From Salmonella phage SWJM-02, in the sequence record OQ594353.1: a DNA stretch of 24,000 nt, one strand, 5' to 3'. Within the stretch, counting starts at the first letter, position 1. Every line of letters begins with the position of its first letter. Made by a program: the position numbers and the translations under genes. The notes beneath the pieces are model-generated. The model did not search any database. It had not been told where the DNA came from and was given only the letters and a program-made list of their open reading frames with translations. Shown in pieces: positions 1 to 8,340 of the stretch.

Positions 1-173
1 AAATTTTAAAAATATTTTTGGCAAAAATGTAATGAAACGGGCGCACGCGACTACCACAAAACAGAACTACAATCAAGAATTATTTTTCAATCCGCTACAA
101 ATTTTTCTGTTGACTTTTATTTCCAGATGTGGTAGCCTTGTGAGAAATGGCGACATTCCCACCTACACCCACC

Positions 174-353
174 TACCTGCACAATTCTAAAATGATTTTT
201 CTTGCCCGACCTGAGCGGGGTCTGCACGTTTTGAAAATGAAAAAGCTCTTTGGAGATTACCTGCACAGTTTGAAAATGAATTTTCTCTTTGGAGTTCAAA
301 ATTCTCTCTACAGATTTCTGTCCAGAACACTACCTGCACAATCCTGAAATAAA
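174..353. repeat. Four imperfect direct copies of TACCTGCACArTTyTgAAAATGA in non-coding DNA
   Basis: Copies at about 174-200 (TACCTGCACAATTCTAAAATGATTTTT), 219-245 (ggTCTGCACGTTTTGAAAATGAAAAAG), 258-284 (TACCTGCACAGTTTGAAAATGAATTTT) and 330-353 (TACCTGCACAATCCTGAAATAAAA). CTCTTTGGAG also occurs twice (about 246-255 and 286-295). Confidence 0.7.
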
Positions 354-395
354 AAGCCCTCCTTACCTGAAAAATTTACCAGATAAGAAAGGCTT
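349..395 (-). terminator. Probable rho-independent terminator downstream of the macro-domain gene
   Basis: Minus strand: AGCCtttCTTATCTGgtaaatttttCAGGTAAGgaGGGCTTTTT; two-part stem followed by a T-run, just after the stop at 425. Coordinates approximate. Confidence 0.55.
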
Positions 396-424
396 AGTCT
401 ATTGTGAATATTCTACAGAGTTTC

Positions 425-1210
425 TTAGTTCTTTGCGTCTAAGAAGGTAACTTCCGGTGAAGAGAAAATTTCCTCAACATCCTCATCAGTTCTTGCATAG
501 ATATAAGTGTCTGCATCACTACCAAATGTTACTGCAATCCTGTGATTGCTCTTCGACAGGTGGGTAACTAGAGCGTTACTTAGAGACATCTTTTCAACCG
601 GAGGGTTACTTTGATGTATCTTACCTTTTCTTCGTCTGAAGAGGGTAACTGCATCATCAGTGAACACTACTACACCTGCAAAGTATTCTGGTTCACAGTA
701 GTTCTTCCAACCTGAGCGTAACTTGTGGTACATCTCTCCTTCATAGACATACAGATAAACATCTACACTCTTCATCACCTGATTAATGATAACGGTGACG
801 GCTTGAGGGTCAAGTCCACCGATACCTGCACCAATCATAGGTAAACCAACTTTCTTCAACTGATTAACTTCACAGTATCTGTTAAGTTGCTTCAAAGATG
901 ACTCTAAAGCACTGTATCGGGCATCTTTACCAGTATTAAGCTGAGTGTAAAGGTTAGCTATACGGCCTTGTTTTAAACGTGCTACAGAGAAGTTGCCTAG
1001 TAAATTTTCACAGGGTTTGTGGCCTATACCACCTGCATACAGATAAACTTCTGTATCAGCCTCATATGCTTTTGGGTAAAGTTTAGAAATCTTGTCAGCG
1101 ATACCTGCGCCCATTAAGTTCATACAGTTGCAACCGTGACCAATGATATCAAACTTACCTTTATCGAACGCGGCAAAGATATCCCCATTGATGATTTTTA
1201 CAATACCCAT
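425..1210 (-). CDS. Macro-domain (ADP-ribose-binding / Appr-1''-p processing-like) protein with ~100-aa uncharacterised C-terminal extension
   Basis: N-terminus MGIVKIINGDIFAA..FDIIGHGCNCMNLMGAGIADKISKLYP...IANLYTQ...VGLPMIGAGIGGL has the macro-domain pattern (G/I-D-I, H-x-CN, GAGIA, P-x-IGAGIGG). Confidence 0.85.
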   Translation of the reverse strand: MGIVKIINGDIFAAFDKGKFDIIGHGCNCMNLMGAGIADKISKLYPKAYEADTEVYLYAGGIGHKPCENLLGNFSVARLKQGRIANLYTQLNTGKDARYSALESSLKQLNRYCEVNQLKKVGLPMIGAGIGGLDPQAVTVIINQVMKSVDVYLYVYEGEMYHKLRSGWKNYCEPEYFAGVVVFTDDAVTLFRRRKGKIHQSNPPVEKMSLSNALVTHLSKSNHRIAVTFGSDADTYIYARTDEDVEEIFSSPEVTFLDAKN

Positions 1211-1411
1211 TTAGCATCTCTCCCAAGATTCTTTATCTTCTGAAGGTTTTACACGTTGTCCTTCATGGTCTACCCAGATACATCCACAACCTTCACAGAT
1301 TACTGGCATTGCATAGCCAGCTTTAAAGTCATCTTCAGTGATAAGGCCTTTTAAGTCTCCTGTATCACGTCCGAACATTTCGATAGCACAATCTTTGCAG
1401 AAGTCAGCCAT
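1211..1411 (-). CDS. Small Cys-rich hypothetical protein (possible Zn-binding)
   Basis: 66-aa ORF abutting the macro gene; CKDC ... CEGCGC cysteine pairs. Confidence 0.6.
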   Translation of the reverse strand: MADFCKDCAIEMFGRDTGDLKGLITEDDFKAGYAMPVICEGCGCIWVDHEGQRVKPSEDKESWERC

Positions 1412-1422
1412 AAATATACGCC

Positions 1423-1650
1423 TTATAGTTCAGTTTCTCGTAACTCTTTACCTTCATCATAGAAACATTTATAGAATGTATCTATAGAGATTCTGGCAAA
1501 GGCGAGGTCTTCAAAGTATTCTTCTGGAGTTATCCCTGTAAAACTAAAACCATCAAGGTTGTAAAATGGTATCACTGTGTCATCGCTTATGAAAACACAT
1601 GCAGATATGACTTCTCCAGTGTCTTTGTCAACTACCTCTAGAGCTTTCAT
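1423..1650 (-). CDS. Hypothetical protein
   Basis: 75-aa ORF in a tightly packed same-strand array; GAGAAGG-like ribosome-binding sequence upstream. Confidence 0.55.
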   Translation of the reverse strand: MKALEVVDKDTGEVISACVFISDDTVIPFYNLDGFSFTGITPEEYFEDLAFARISIDTFYKCFYDEGKELRETEL

Positions 1651-1951
1651 AGTTTACCTTCTCAGTTAGCTCATACAAGTCAACATGCTCAATGCTATCT
1701 ATGTTGATACCAATCTTTTTGAAGCGTTCTATCACTTCGTTGTCAGTCATCCATATCAGACACCAATGATTATGGATGGATTCTTCAAGAAGGTCAACAC
1801 AGTCTTTAAAAGTTTTTGTATCACTTCTTGTTCCGACTACTGCGATTGTCCCATACAACCACTTACCATTGCCATAAGATACTTGTGCTACGCCAACTTC
1901 TTTATCTTTCTCGTAATAAACGGCTACAAAATCTCTTCCATTAATCTGCAT
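1628..1951 (-). CDS. Hypothetical protein (preferred start MQINGR)
   Basis: GAGGAAG placed upstream of the ATG at 1951; better than the ORF-track start at 1957. Confidence 0.6.
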   Translation of the reverse strand: MQINGRDFVAVYYEKDKEVGVAQVSYGNGKWLYGTIAVVGTRSDTKTFKDCVDLLEESIHNHWCLIWMTDNEVIERFKKIGINIDSIEHVDLYELTEKVNYESSRGS

Positions 1952-1953
1952 AG

Positions 1954-2223
1954 TCACTTCCTCGTTTTAAGAACTGCTAAGATTTCTTTAGAGTCCGGTA
2001 AGAACCATGTGTAGTGATTCTCTTTGATTTCTGGATGAGTGTCAACCTTTATTTTGCACTCTTTACCAACATGCTTTAGTTGTGCTGTGATACCTTGCAT
2101 AAAAATATGACACATCACATTATCCATAATGGTTGGTGAGAAATCAATCCGCATATAAGCTTCTTTTGGTCGTGGTAGCAGTAAGTACCCTTCTACATAG
2201 AAAGTATCTTCGCTCTCTGTCAT
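1954..2223 (-). CDS. Hypothetical protein
   Basis: 89-aa ORF overlapping the preceding stop by a few nt. Confidence 0.55.
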   Translation of the reverse strand: MTESEDTFYVEGYLLLPRPKEAYMRIDFSPTIMDNVMCHIFMQGITAQLKHVGKECKIKVDTHPEIKENHYTWFLPDSKEILAVLKTRK

Positions 2224-2489
2224 TGCTGTTTATTCCCTAATAAAATCATATCAATAAGGTTATTAGCTTTGATTGTGCACTGGTAAAAACCATCACGATA
2301 AAACTCAAGGGCTGCTGCCACATCACTGCCAGTATTACCTTTGACATTGAATCTTGATTCTTCTTGAGTGTACTTGTCACTCTCACTTACTTGGGAGTTT
2401 TTGAATGTACTGTTCACTTTGTTCGTTGAACACCCTGACATAATTATCAGTAACACAAACATTATAAAACTCTGGCTTAGTCTTTTCAT
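2220..2489 (-). CDS. Putative o-spanin (Rz1-like) lipoprotein
   Basis: MKRLSQSFIMFVLLIIMSGC: lipoprotein signal peptide with lipobox; overlaps the upstream Rz-like gene in another frame. Confidence 0.65.
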   Translation of the reverse strand: MKRLSQSFIMFVLLIIMSGCSTNKVNSTFKNSQVSESDKYTQEESRFNVKGNTGSDVAAALEFYRDGFYQCTIKANNLIDMILLGNKQQ

Positions 2490-2730
2490 ATGTTAGTACC
2501 TCTTTTGTATGCTTATTCTTAGCAAGCACATCTTTCAAATCATTTTTGTAATTGGTACTGAGTGTGGCTAAACCTTCCTGATAAGCATCTTTAGCAACAC
2601 TTATTAGTTTCTCATTATTTAGCTCAGTCTCAGCAACTTGGTAGTCTCTGTAAGAGTATCCTCCCCAGACACCTGCTCCAACTAAGAAAACAATTATGAA
2701 AGTAGCTTGACAGAACTCTTTAAATGTCAT
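2383..2730 (-). CDS. Putative i-spanin (Rz-like) inner-membrane protein
   Basis: N-terminal TM (ATFIIVFLVGAGVWGGYSY), periplasmic helical region, Rz-like end CVTDNYVRVFNEQSEQ; shares about 107 bp with the lipoprotein gene out of frame. Confidence 0.65.
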   Translation of the reverse strand: MTFKEFCQATFIIVFLVGAGVWGGYSYRDYQVAETELNNEKLISVAKDAYQEGLATLSTNYKNDLKDVLAKNKHTKEVLTYEKTKPEFYNVCVTDNYVRVFNEQSEQYIQKLPSK

Positions 2731-2749
2731 TTAACAATCTCCTGAAATG

Positions 2750-2772
2750 AAAAAGGCTCCCGAAGGAGCCTG
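2750..2772 (-). terminator. Rho-independent terminator
   Basis: Minus strand AGGCTCC-TTCG-GGAGCCTTTTT, downstream of the stop at 2783. Confidence 0.85.
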
Positions 2773-2782
2773 TATCTTAACC

Positions 2783-3247
2783 TTAACCGAGGACTTTAGC
2801 AAGGACATTTGCAGCCATCGAAGAAGCTTTTGCAGCAGCAGCTACCCCAGCTTTGACGGTGCTATCCTTGATAGCAGATACCGTTGCAGCATCAGTAAAG
2901 AGATAAGTAGTTGTTTTAGAACCACTTGTAAAGGAAAGCATAAGAGCAGTTTCCAGATTGAAAGAGCGATACGGAGCACCTTCTTTAACGATACCTTCAG
3001 CACCTAACTCTGAAGCCATACCCATATCATAGATAGTCATCAGGTTTTCTTTGTGTGCAGTCGTTGAACCAGCACCTTTGACGTGTTTCTTAACATTCAG
3101 AAGAGCACGATACTCTCTGATATTGCCGTCTGCTTTTACATTGACAGCACGGAAGATTTTACCCTCAAAGTTGCTCTTGATAATGTTACGAACTACTTCA
3201 GATTTGTTTTCCGTAACGTCCAGTGCTACCGTAATGATATTGTTCAT
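2783..3247 (-). CDS. Hypothetical protein, Ala/Ser/Thr-rich C-terminus
   Basis: 154-aa ORF, tightly followed by a terminator. Confidence 0.65.
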   Translation of the reverse strand: MNNIITVALDVTENKSEVVRNIIKSNFEGKIFRAVNVKADGNIREYRALLNVKKHVKGAGSTTAHKENLMTIYDMGMASELGAEGIVKEGAPYRSFNLETALMLSFTSGSKTTTYLFTDAATVSAIKDSTVKAGVAAAAKASSMAANVLAKVLG

Positions 3248-3257
3248 AAGTTTTCTC

Positions 3258-3953
3258 TCAATGTTTAACTAACATGGTTTTGATGTGTGGAAGGATTCTG
3301 TTAACCTTCTGCAAATTCTTCTCTGTATCTTCTATAAAACATACTATATTAAAGTAAGGGAGAATGCAAGACTGAATCATCCTCACTTTTAAACTTTCTG
3401 CACTTAGAGAGTTAGTTCCAAAACCACGCATAAAAAGCATGTAATCATGCTCTATATTGTGCCTCAAGAACATCTCAGTAGGTATTCTCTGAGTTTCACC
3501 TCTTGCTGTTAAGAGGCCAATGGCAGCATGATTAGCAATTGCATCAATGATATTGAAAATGTATGTTGGTTTTGCTCTTACAGAGTCAAGAAGATTAGTG
3601 TACTGTGAAAATGACCCGTCAGTCAACTCTGTGGAGTAATCTTCGTGATTAAAATTTGTAAGAACTCCATCAATATCTGCTAAGATGAGGTTGCCTTTTT
3701 CTACAAGGTCTTTATTGACTATGACTAGACTGTCACGTCTTACACCTATAGATTGTCCAGTCTCTTTGTCCACAACGTTCACAATTGGTTCTGATGTGTG
3801 AAACTCTTCAAGTGAACATACAACTTCTCTTGCAGTATCTTCAAAATCCCTGCACTGTTCTGGAGTCCATACACAGGAATCAAGACCTAACTCATGAGGA
3901 TGCAAGTCGTAAGCATGACACAGTACTTCATCAAACTTTCTTAATTTTTTCAT
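3258..3953 (-). CDS. HAD-superfamily phosphatase-like protein
   Basis: LILADIDGVLTNF (motif I DxDGxLT), IGLLTARGETQR (motif II-like), IVCFIEDTEKNL (motif IV-like). Confidence 0.65.
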   Translation of the reverse strand: MKKLRKFDEVLCHAYDLHPHELGLDSCVWTPEQCRDFEDTAREVVCSLEEFHTSEPIVNVVDKETGQSIGVRRDSLVIVNKDLVEKGNLILADIDGVLTNFNHEDYSTELTDGSFSQYTNLLDSVRAKPTYIFNIIDAIANHAAIGLLTARGETQRIPTEMFLRHNIEHDYMLFMRGFGTNSLSAESLKVRMIQSCILPYFNIVCFIEDTEKNLQKVNRILPHIKTMLVKH

Positions 3954-4479
3954 GATTTACCTTAGAAATGTTTGTTGCAAATTCACATTGAGCGATGACT
4001 TTCATATTGTTATAGACATCCTGAGAGTATTTCTTAGCTTTAGGGATTTTGTAAGAATACCCAGCATTATATGACGCTAAAACTTTTTGTAAAGTCTTCT
4101 TTGACTTTGGTTGACCATGTACCTTCGTCCAAAACTCAAGCTCTTTGTGTGTTTCCTTTGCAGCATAGTCGAAGTCTTTTAAGAGTTTCTTTTTAGCCAC
4201 ATTAGGACTGATTTTGTTACGCTTTACAACAGTCTTCAAGTGATTCTGGAAGATACCATAGTCATGGGTCTTTTTATTCTCCATATTCAGACCTAACTCT
4301 GACTCTTGTAAGGCTATAGCAGCTAGAGTAATGCCCCATCCTTTACCCATATTATTCTCACCATACTGGTAAGCTTTTAACATGTTTACTTTTTGGCTAA
4401 TTGATAGCTCTGGGCAGTCAACTGCATAAGATAAGTGTGCTGTAAACATTAAGCACAAACCTAGAATCAATTTCTTCAT
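3931..4479 (-). CDS. Secreted lytic transglycosylase/lysozyme-like muramidase
   Basis: Signal peptide MKKLILGLCLMFTAHLSYA; LAAIALQESELGLN and VLASYNAGYS motifs typical of the SLT fold. Confidence 0.7.
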   Translation of the reverse strand: MKKLILGLCLMFTAHLSYAVDCPELSISQKVNMLKAYQYGENNMGKGWGITLAAIALQESELGLNMENKKTHDYGIFQNHLKTVVKRNKISPNVAKKKLLKDFDYAAKETHKELEFWTKVHGQPKSKKTLQKVLASYNAGYSYKIPKAKKYSQDVYNNMKVIAQCEFATNISKVNHEKIKKV

Positions 4480-4510
4480 TGGTTCTCCTGTTTAGTTTAT
4501 TGTGACCTCA

Positions 4511-4538
4511 ATTATACAGCACTCTGCACAAAATACAA
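4511..4538 (-). promoter_or_regulatory. Candidate sigma70-type promoter for the muramidase/HAD/spanin genes
   Basis: Minus strand TTGTAT - 16 nt - TATAAT, about 30 nt before the ATG at 4479 and just after the rIIB terminator. Confidence 0.45.
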
Positions 4539-4542
4539 ATAA

Positions 4543-4570
4543 AAAAGGCCGCCGAAGCAGCCTTTTAAGA
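4543..4570 (-). terminator. Rho-independent terminator downstream of rIIB-like gene
   Basis: Minus strand AAAGGCTGC-TTCG-GCGGCCTTTTTTT. Confidence 0.85.
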
Positions 4571-4579
4571 AATTACTTA

Positions 4580-5689
4580 TTAGATTTCACGTTTACGTTG
4601 GGAGATGAGTTCACCAGCAGTGCCAACGATGACATGCAAAGCCTCAGTCTTACCATCCCATGCTTTCAGTACTTTACGCTGATTATCAACGATTGCTGCA
4701 ACTTCATAACGGGATGAACGCATCTTCATATCGTTGTAATCAGTTGGAACAGATACAACATCTCGTGGATGGACACGAACCTTCAGGATGGTATCACCTG
4801 AGAAGTAACGAACATAATCCCAAGCACCAACATGAAGACCTTGAGAACAAGTTACGTTACGGTTGTTATCAACCATCCAACGTGGCATTTCTACAATGTT
4901 ACCCAAATCATTAGGTACTTTGTAGGTGTGGGAGTCAACCAGCTTACCTTCACGAGTAGAGACTTTCTTCCAACCAATGATGTAGCCTTCTTCATCAATT
5001 TCAACATCAAGGTGAGATACAAATCCCCAAAGTTGTTCTACAGAGTCTTTAGATGGGTTTTCCATCAGTTTTTCGAAGAACATTACAAGTCGTTCAAAAC
5101 CTTTATCACCAGTCTTCATCATGTGAAGGATACGGTCAACCAGAGTAGAACGCATCTCAACAGCACCGTAGAATAACTTATCACCTTTGATTGTGATAGC
5201 ACCCTGAGTAAAGTTTTCGATAGATTTACGAATGTTCATCAGTTCGAAAGCTTTCTTGTACTCACCACCTACAACAGCCATTACGATTTCTTTGTAGTTC
5301 GGATGGGTAGATTCAACGATTTCAGAATCTGCACCGAAAGTCATGATAACAGAATCGCCAGTAATCATATACTCAATCTGGTTACCATTCTGCATAGCTT
5401 CGTGTAGTTTATTTACCGGAGCTTTCTGTACAGGCTCTTTAACAACATTTTCAACTGGTTTTCCAGCTTTCTTTTTAACTGATTTAGCAACTTGCTTCAA
5501 AGTCTTCGTAGCTGGTTTAGAAACTGCCTTTTTCTTGCCTTTTAAGGTTGCTTCATGACGCTCTACAGCACGACCAACTGAACGGGTTGAAGTATTGAAC
5601 TTCTGTGCAATAGCTGTTTTAGTCAGCTTGCCTTCTTTAACCAGTTTGTAAATTTCTGCGTCAATCTGTGCTTTAGTTTTAGTAGTCAT
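4580..5689 (-). CDS. rIIB: rIIB-like protein
   Basis: N-terminal helix-turn-helix (KLTKTAIAQKFNTSTRSVGRAVERH), Lys/Pro/Ala linker, then the rIIB-like core (NLGNIVEMPRWMVDNNRNVTCSQGLHVGAWDYVRYFSG); directly after an rIIA-like gene. Confidence 0.8.
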   Translation of the reverse strand: MTTKTKAQIDAEIYKLVKEGKLTKTAIAQKFNTSTRSVGRAVERHEATLKGKKKAVSKPATKTLKQVAKSVKKKAGKPVENVVKEPVQKAPVNKLHEAMQNGNQIEYMITGDSVIMTFGADSEIVESTHPNYKEIVMAVVGGEYKKAFELMNIRKSIENFTQGAITIKGDKLFYGAVEMRSTLVDRILHMMKTGDKGFERLVMFFEKLMENPSKDSVEQLWGFVSHLDVEIDEEGYIIGWKKVSTREGKLVDSHTYKVPNDLGNIVEMPRWMVDNNRNVTCSQGLHVGAWDYVRYFSGDTILKVRVHPRDVVSVPTDYNDMKMRSSRYEVAAIVDNQRKVLKAWDGKTEALHVIVGTAGELISQRKREI

Positions 5690-5738
5690 CTTGTTACTCT
5701 CTCTTGTTAGTTAATAAATCATTTTGTGAGGTTATTCT

Positions 5739-5758
5739 AAGGGGCTTCAAAGCCCCTT
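5739..5758. promoter_or_regulatory. Perfect intergenic stem-loop between rIIA- and rIIB-like genes
   Basis: AAGGGGCTT-CA-AAGCCCCTT; perfect 9-nt inverted repeat with no good T-run. Confidence 0.6.
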
Positions 5759-5768
5759 GTCAAATACT

Positions 5769-8135
5769 TTAATCGTAAATTGTAGTCCCTTCTGGAACAC
5801 ACTTCACATCAAAGCCCAAGAACTTACTCACTTCGATGGGTGACACTTTATTCCAATCTAAATGAGAAAGCAAGAAGTTTTCTTGTTTTCTTTTTGAAAG
5901 GTAGTTTGTCACCTTAATGACCATACGGTCACCAGCTTTCTTGATTTTCTTGTACAGCTTTGTATCGTTGTCAAGACATTCTTTCAAAGTTTGCAATCTA
6001 CTAATAGTATAAGTGTATGCAAACGGTGCAGCAACGTATTGGATTTTACCAAACATTGCCTCAACAGCATCTTCATTACCTTCTAAGAAGATGGTTTTGT
6101 TTGTGTCTCGTGAATAGCAATAGCCACGAGAAATCTTTCTGTTATTGAACGTAAAGTTTCTGGCAATAATCCAACTGCTTGTAAGGTCGAGGGCATCATT
6201 CATATAGATACGTGTCATATATCTGTTATGATTAATCCAATGAACATCAGTTAAGCTGTCGTTCAAGAGCTTCTCATCTACTTCAATCCAGTCTTCTGGT
6301 ATCTTTTTCCAATTTGCTTTTCGGAAAACATATACTGTCTTTCCAATGACATTGGCAACTGACTTAGCTACATCTTCTGGAGATGAGCAAAAACATTCGC
6401 CATCAACTGTGTCGCCTACTGCCTTAATATAAAGCTGAGGCTCTTCAATCATATCTAAGTCTTCTGACACCTCTTTGTATGAAGCTACACCTTCTGCTGG
6501 AACAGCTTTCCAAAGTTTTACAACACCTCTTACAGCTTCTTTACGCTGATAATGATGTTCCTTATCAGACATCTTTACAATCTTTAACAAGCTTTTATCA
6601 AGTTTGTGTAGATTGATTAGGTCGTCTAACTCTTTCTCAGTAGAGAATACAAAGACGATACCATTGAATCTTTGAAACAGACTTGACTCACTGGCATAGT
6701 CTCGACATGCACCACGCAAGATTTGATTGCGTCCTACAGTCTTCTCAGTACCGTTTTTATTGCGACGGTCATTAATAACAAACAAAAACTGTCCAATTTG
6801 GCTTTTACGCATTGCGCCAAAGATATTGAACATACTTGCCTCTTGAGTGTAGGAAAGTGCTGTTGCACGAATCTTACTCTCTAAAGAGTTGAACTTGACA
6901 TAAGCAACTGGGTCATAAAGATAATCTACTTTAGGGATGTTGTTTCCGTTCCTATCAACCTTAATATTACCTTTACCGTCACGTTCATAGATGACTGAGC
7001 CGTCTTCTGCGTAGATAATTCCACGACGAATGTTTAGTAATTCTTCTTCCAGAGAATCAAGCTTAACACCCCCCCACTCTAGCTTTGGACACACAGCATT
7101 AAACATCTCTCGTGAGTTCAAGCGTAACTCAGCATAAGCCTGTGCAGCATCCATGAGTGTAGGTTGACTATTAACTTTCTTGATAACATCCTTTGTAATC
7201 GCTTCAGTTATCTTTTTAGTAGCCTCAATGATAACATTTTTTGTCGTATCATTCATCTGCAATGCTTCACGAGAAGCTGCAATAGCAACTGAGCCAATAG
7301 GCATGTAGATGTTTACAAGGTCTACGCTCCTACGGAAAAATTCTGGCAAGACTTTGAAGAAATCATCACCAAGTAATGCCTCCATATTAACTGGGTAGGC
7401 AATATTACCCATAACCACGTTAAACTCTGTTCTATTGCTGCTTGAACGCCAGCTATGCTTATGAGTCATGGCATCATAGACACCTTCTTCACGAGCAATC
7501 ACATCCATATCTGCTAATATATCATTATACTCCACATTACTCTCTGGTTTTACAGCAAAGTATGAGTATACATTACCAGCCTCTTCAAAGAACTTTGAAA
7601 TACGGTGGTCAGCAACTGCCACACGTACAGCTAAACCATTAGGCTCTTTTGTTGGGTTGGTGGTCAGTTTAGTTACTTGAGGGATACCATTCTCAAGGTA
7701 AACAGAGTACTTATTAACAACACCATCAACATAGCTAGATACTGTGAATGACTGAGCAATTGCAAATGGAGATTTTGAACCAATACCCATTGCACCAATG
7801 TAGTCATTAGAGTCATTCTTCGTAGAAGCCCCGTAGTTTAGATACAAACTCATAACTTTATCATGAGTCAATCCAGTTCCAAAATCACGAACTTCAAAGT
7901 AAGGCTCAAAACGAGTAGGTAAATGCACATGGAACGGGATGTTCTCTTTTCCAGCTTCTTTCTGAGCATCTACTGCGTTACATGACAGTTCACGAATTAC
8001 TGCTCGCTCTTTAAAGGTATATACACCAGAACTCAGAAGGCTGAACATTTCAGGTGTCATTGTAATCTGTGCTTGAGACGTCTCTAAAGAAGTCGAACTC
8101 TTAATTACTTCTGCGTGGTCGTTTACCATGCGCAT
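5769..8135 (-). CDS. rIIA: rIIA-like protein with GHKL/HATPase domain
   Basis: 788 aa; Bergerat-fold motifs ELSCNAVDA (N box), VRDFGTGL (G1), GAMGIGSKSPF (G2). RBS AGAGGA upstream of ATG. Confidence 0.85.
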   Translation of the reverse strand: MRMVNDHAEVIKSSTSLETSQAQITMTPEMFSLLSSGVYTFKERAVIRELSCNAVDAQKEAGKENIPFHVHLPTRFEPYFEVRDFGTGLTHDKVMSLYLNYGASTKNDSNDYIGAMGIGSKSPFAIAQSFTVSSYVDGVVNKYSVYLENGIPQVTKLTTNPTKEPNGLAVRVAVADHRISKFFEEAGNVYSYFAVKPESNVEYNDILADMDVIAREEGVYDAMTHKHSWRSSSNRTEFNVVMGNIAYPVNMEALLGDDFFKVLPEFFRRSVDLVNIYMPIGSVAIAASREALQMNDTTKNVIIEATKKITEAITKDVIKKVNSQPTLMDAAQAYAELRLNSREMFNAVCPKLEWGGVKLDSLEEELLNIRRGIIYAEDGSVIYERDGKGNIKVDRNGNNIPKVDYLYDPVAYVKFNSLESKIRATALSYTQEASMFNIFGAMRKSQIGQFLFVINDRRNKNGTEKTVGRNQILRGACRDYASESSLFQRFNGIVFVFSTEKELDDLINLHKLDKSLLKIVKMSDKEHHYQRKEAVRGVVKLWKAVPAEGVASYKEVSEDLDMIEEPQLYIKAVGDTVDGECFCSSPEDVAKSVANVIGKTVYVFRKANWKKIPEDWIEVDEKLLNDSLTDVHWINHNRYMTRIYMNDALDLTSSWIIARNFTFNNRKISRGYCYSRDTNKTIFLEGNEDAVEAMFGKIQYVAAPFAYTYTISRLQTLKECLDNDTKLYKKIKKAGDRMVIKVTNYLSKRKQENFLLSHLDWNKVSPIEVSKFLGFDVKCVPEGTTIYD

Positions 8136-8163
8136 AATACTTTCCTCTTAGTTTACTGTTAAA

Positions 8164-8340
8164 TTACTTATTAAACATTTTACCAGAACCACCACACATA
8201 GGGCAGCAACCTACTCTTGTATAACCTTCTCCATTACAGTAGTCACATTTTTTGTGCTCTGCAAAGTACTTACAAAGAAGATAAACAAGTACTGCTACAC
8301 TACCAAGTGACAGTAAAATTTCTATCCAATATGCTTGCAT
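8164..8340 (-). CDS. Unannotated 58-aa membrane-anchored protein with DnaJ-type CxxCxGxG zinc finger
   Basis: My translation: MQAYWIEILLSLGSVAVLVYLLCKYFAEHKKCDYCNGEGYTRVGCCPMCGGSGKMFNK*. RBS GAGGTGA upstream; start overlaps the end of the 8322-8669 gene. Below the ORF-track length cutoff. Confidence 0.75.
   Translation of the reverse strand: MQAYWIEILLSLGSVAVLVYLLCKYFAEHKKCDYCNGEGYTRVGCCPMCGGSGKMFNK

Noticed and set aside
117-347. Two ORFs on opposite strands in the left non-coding tract
   Set aside because: They cover the imperfect repeats, their translations are repeat-derived and they lack good start contexts.
1-353. CRISPR array
   Set aside because: The repeats are imperfect, irregularly spaced and too few, and no cas genes are present.
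4832-5176. Plus-strand ORF of 114 aa (and 4660-4914, 5343-5558)
   Set aside because: Antisense to the rIIB-like gene, with low-plausibility protein sequences.
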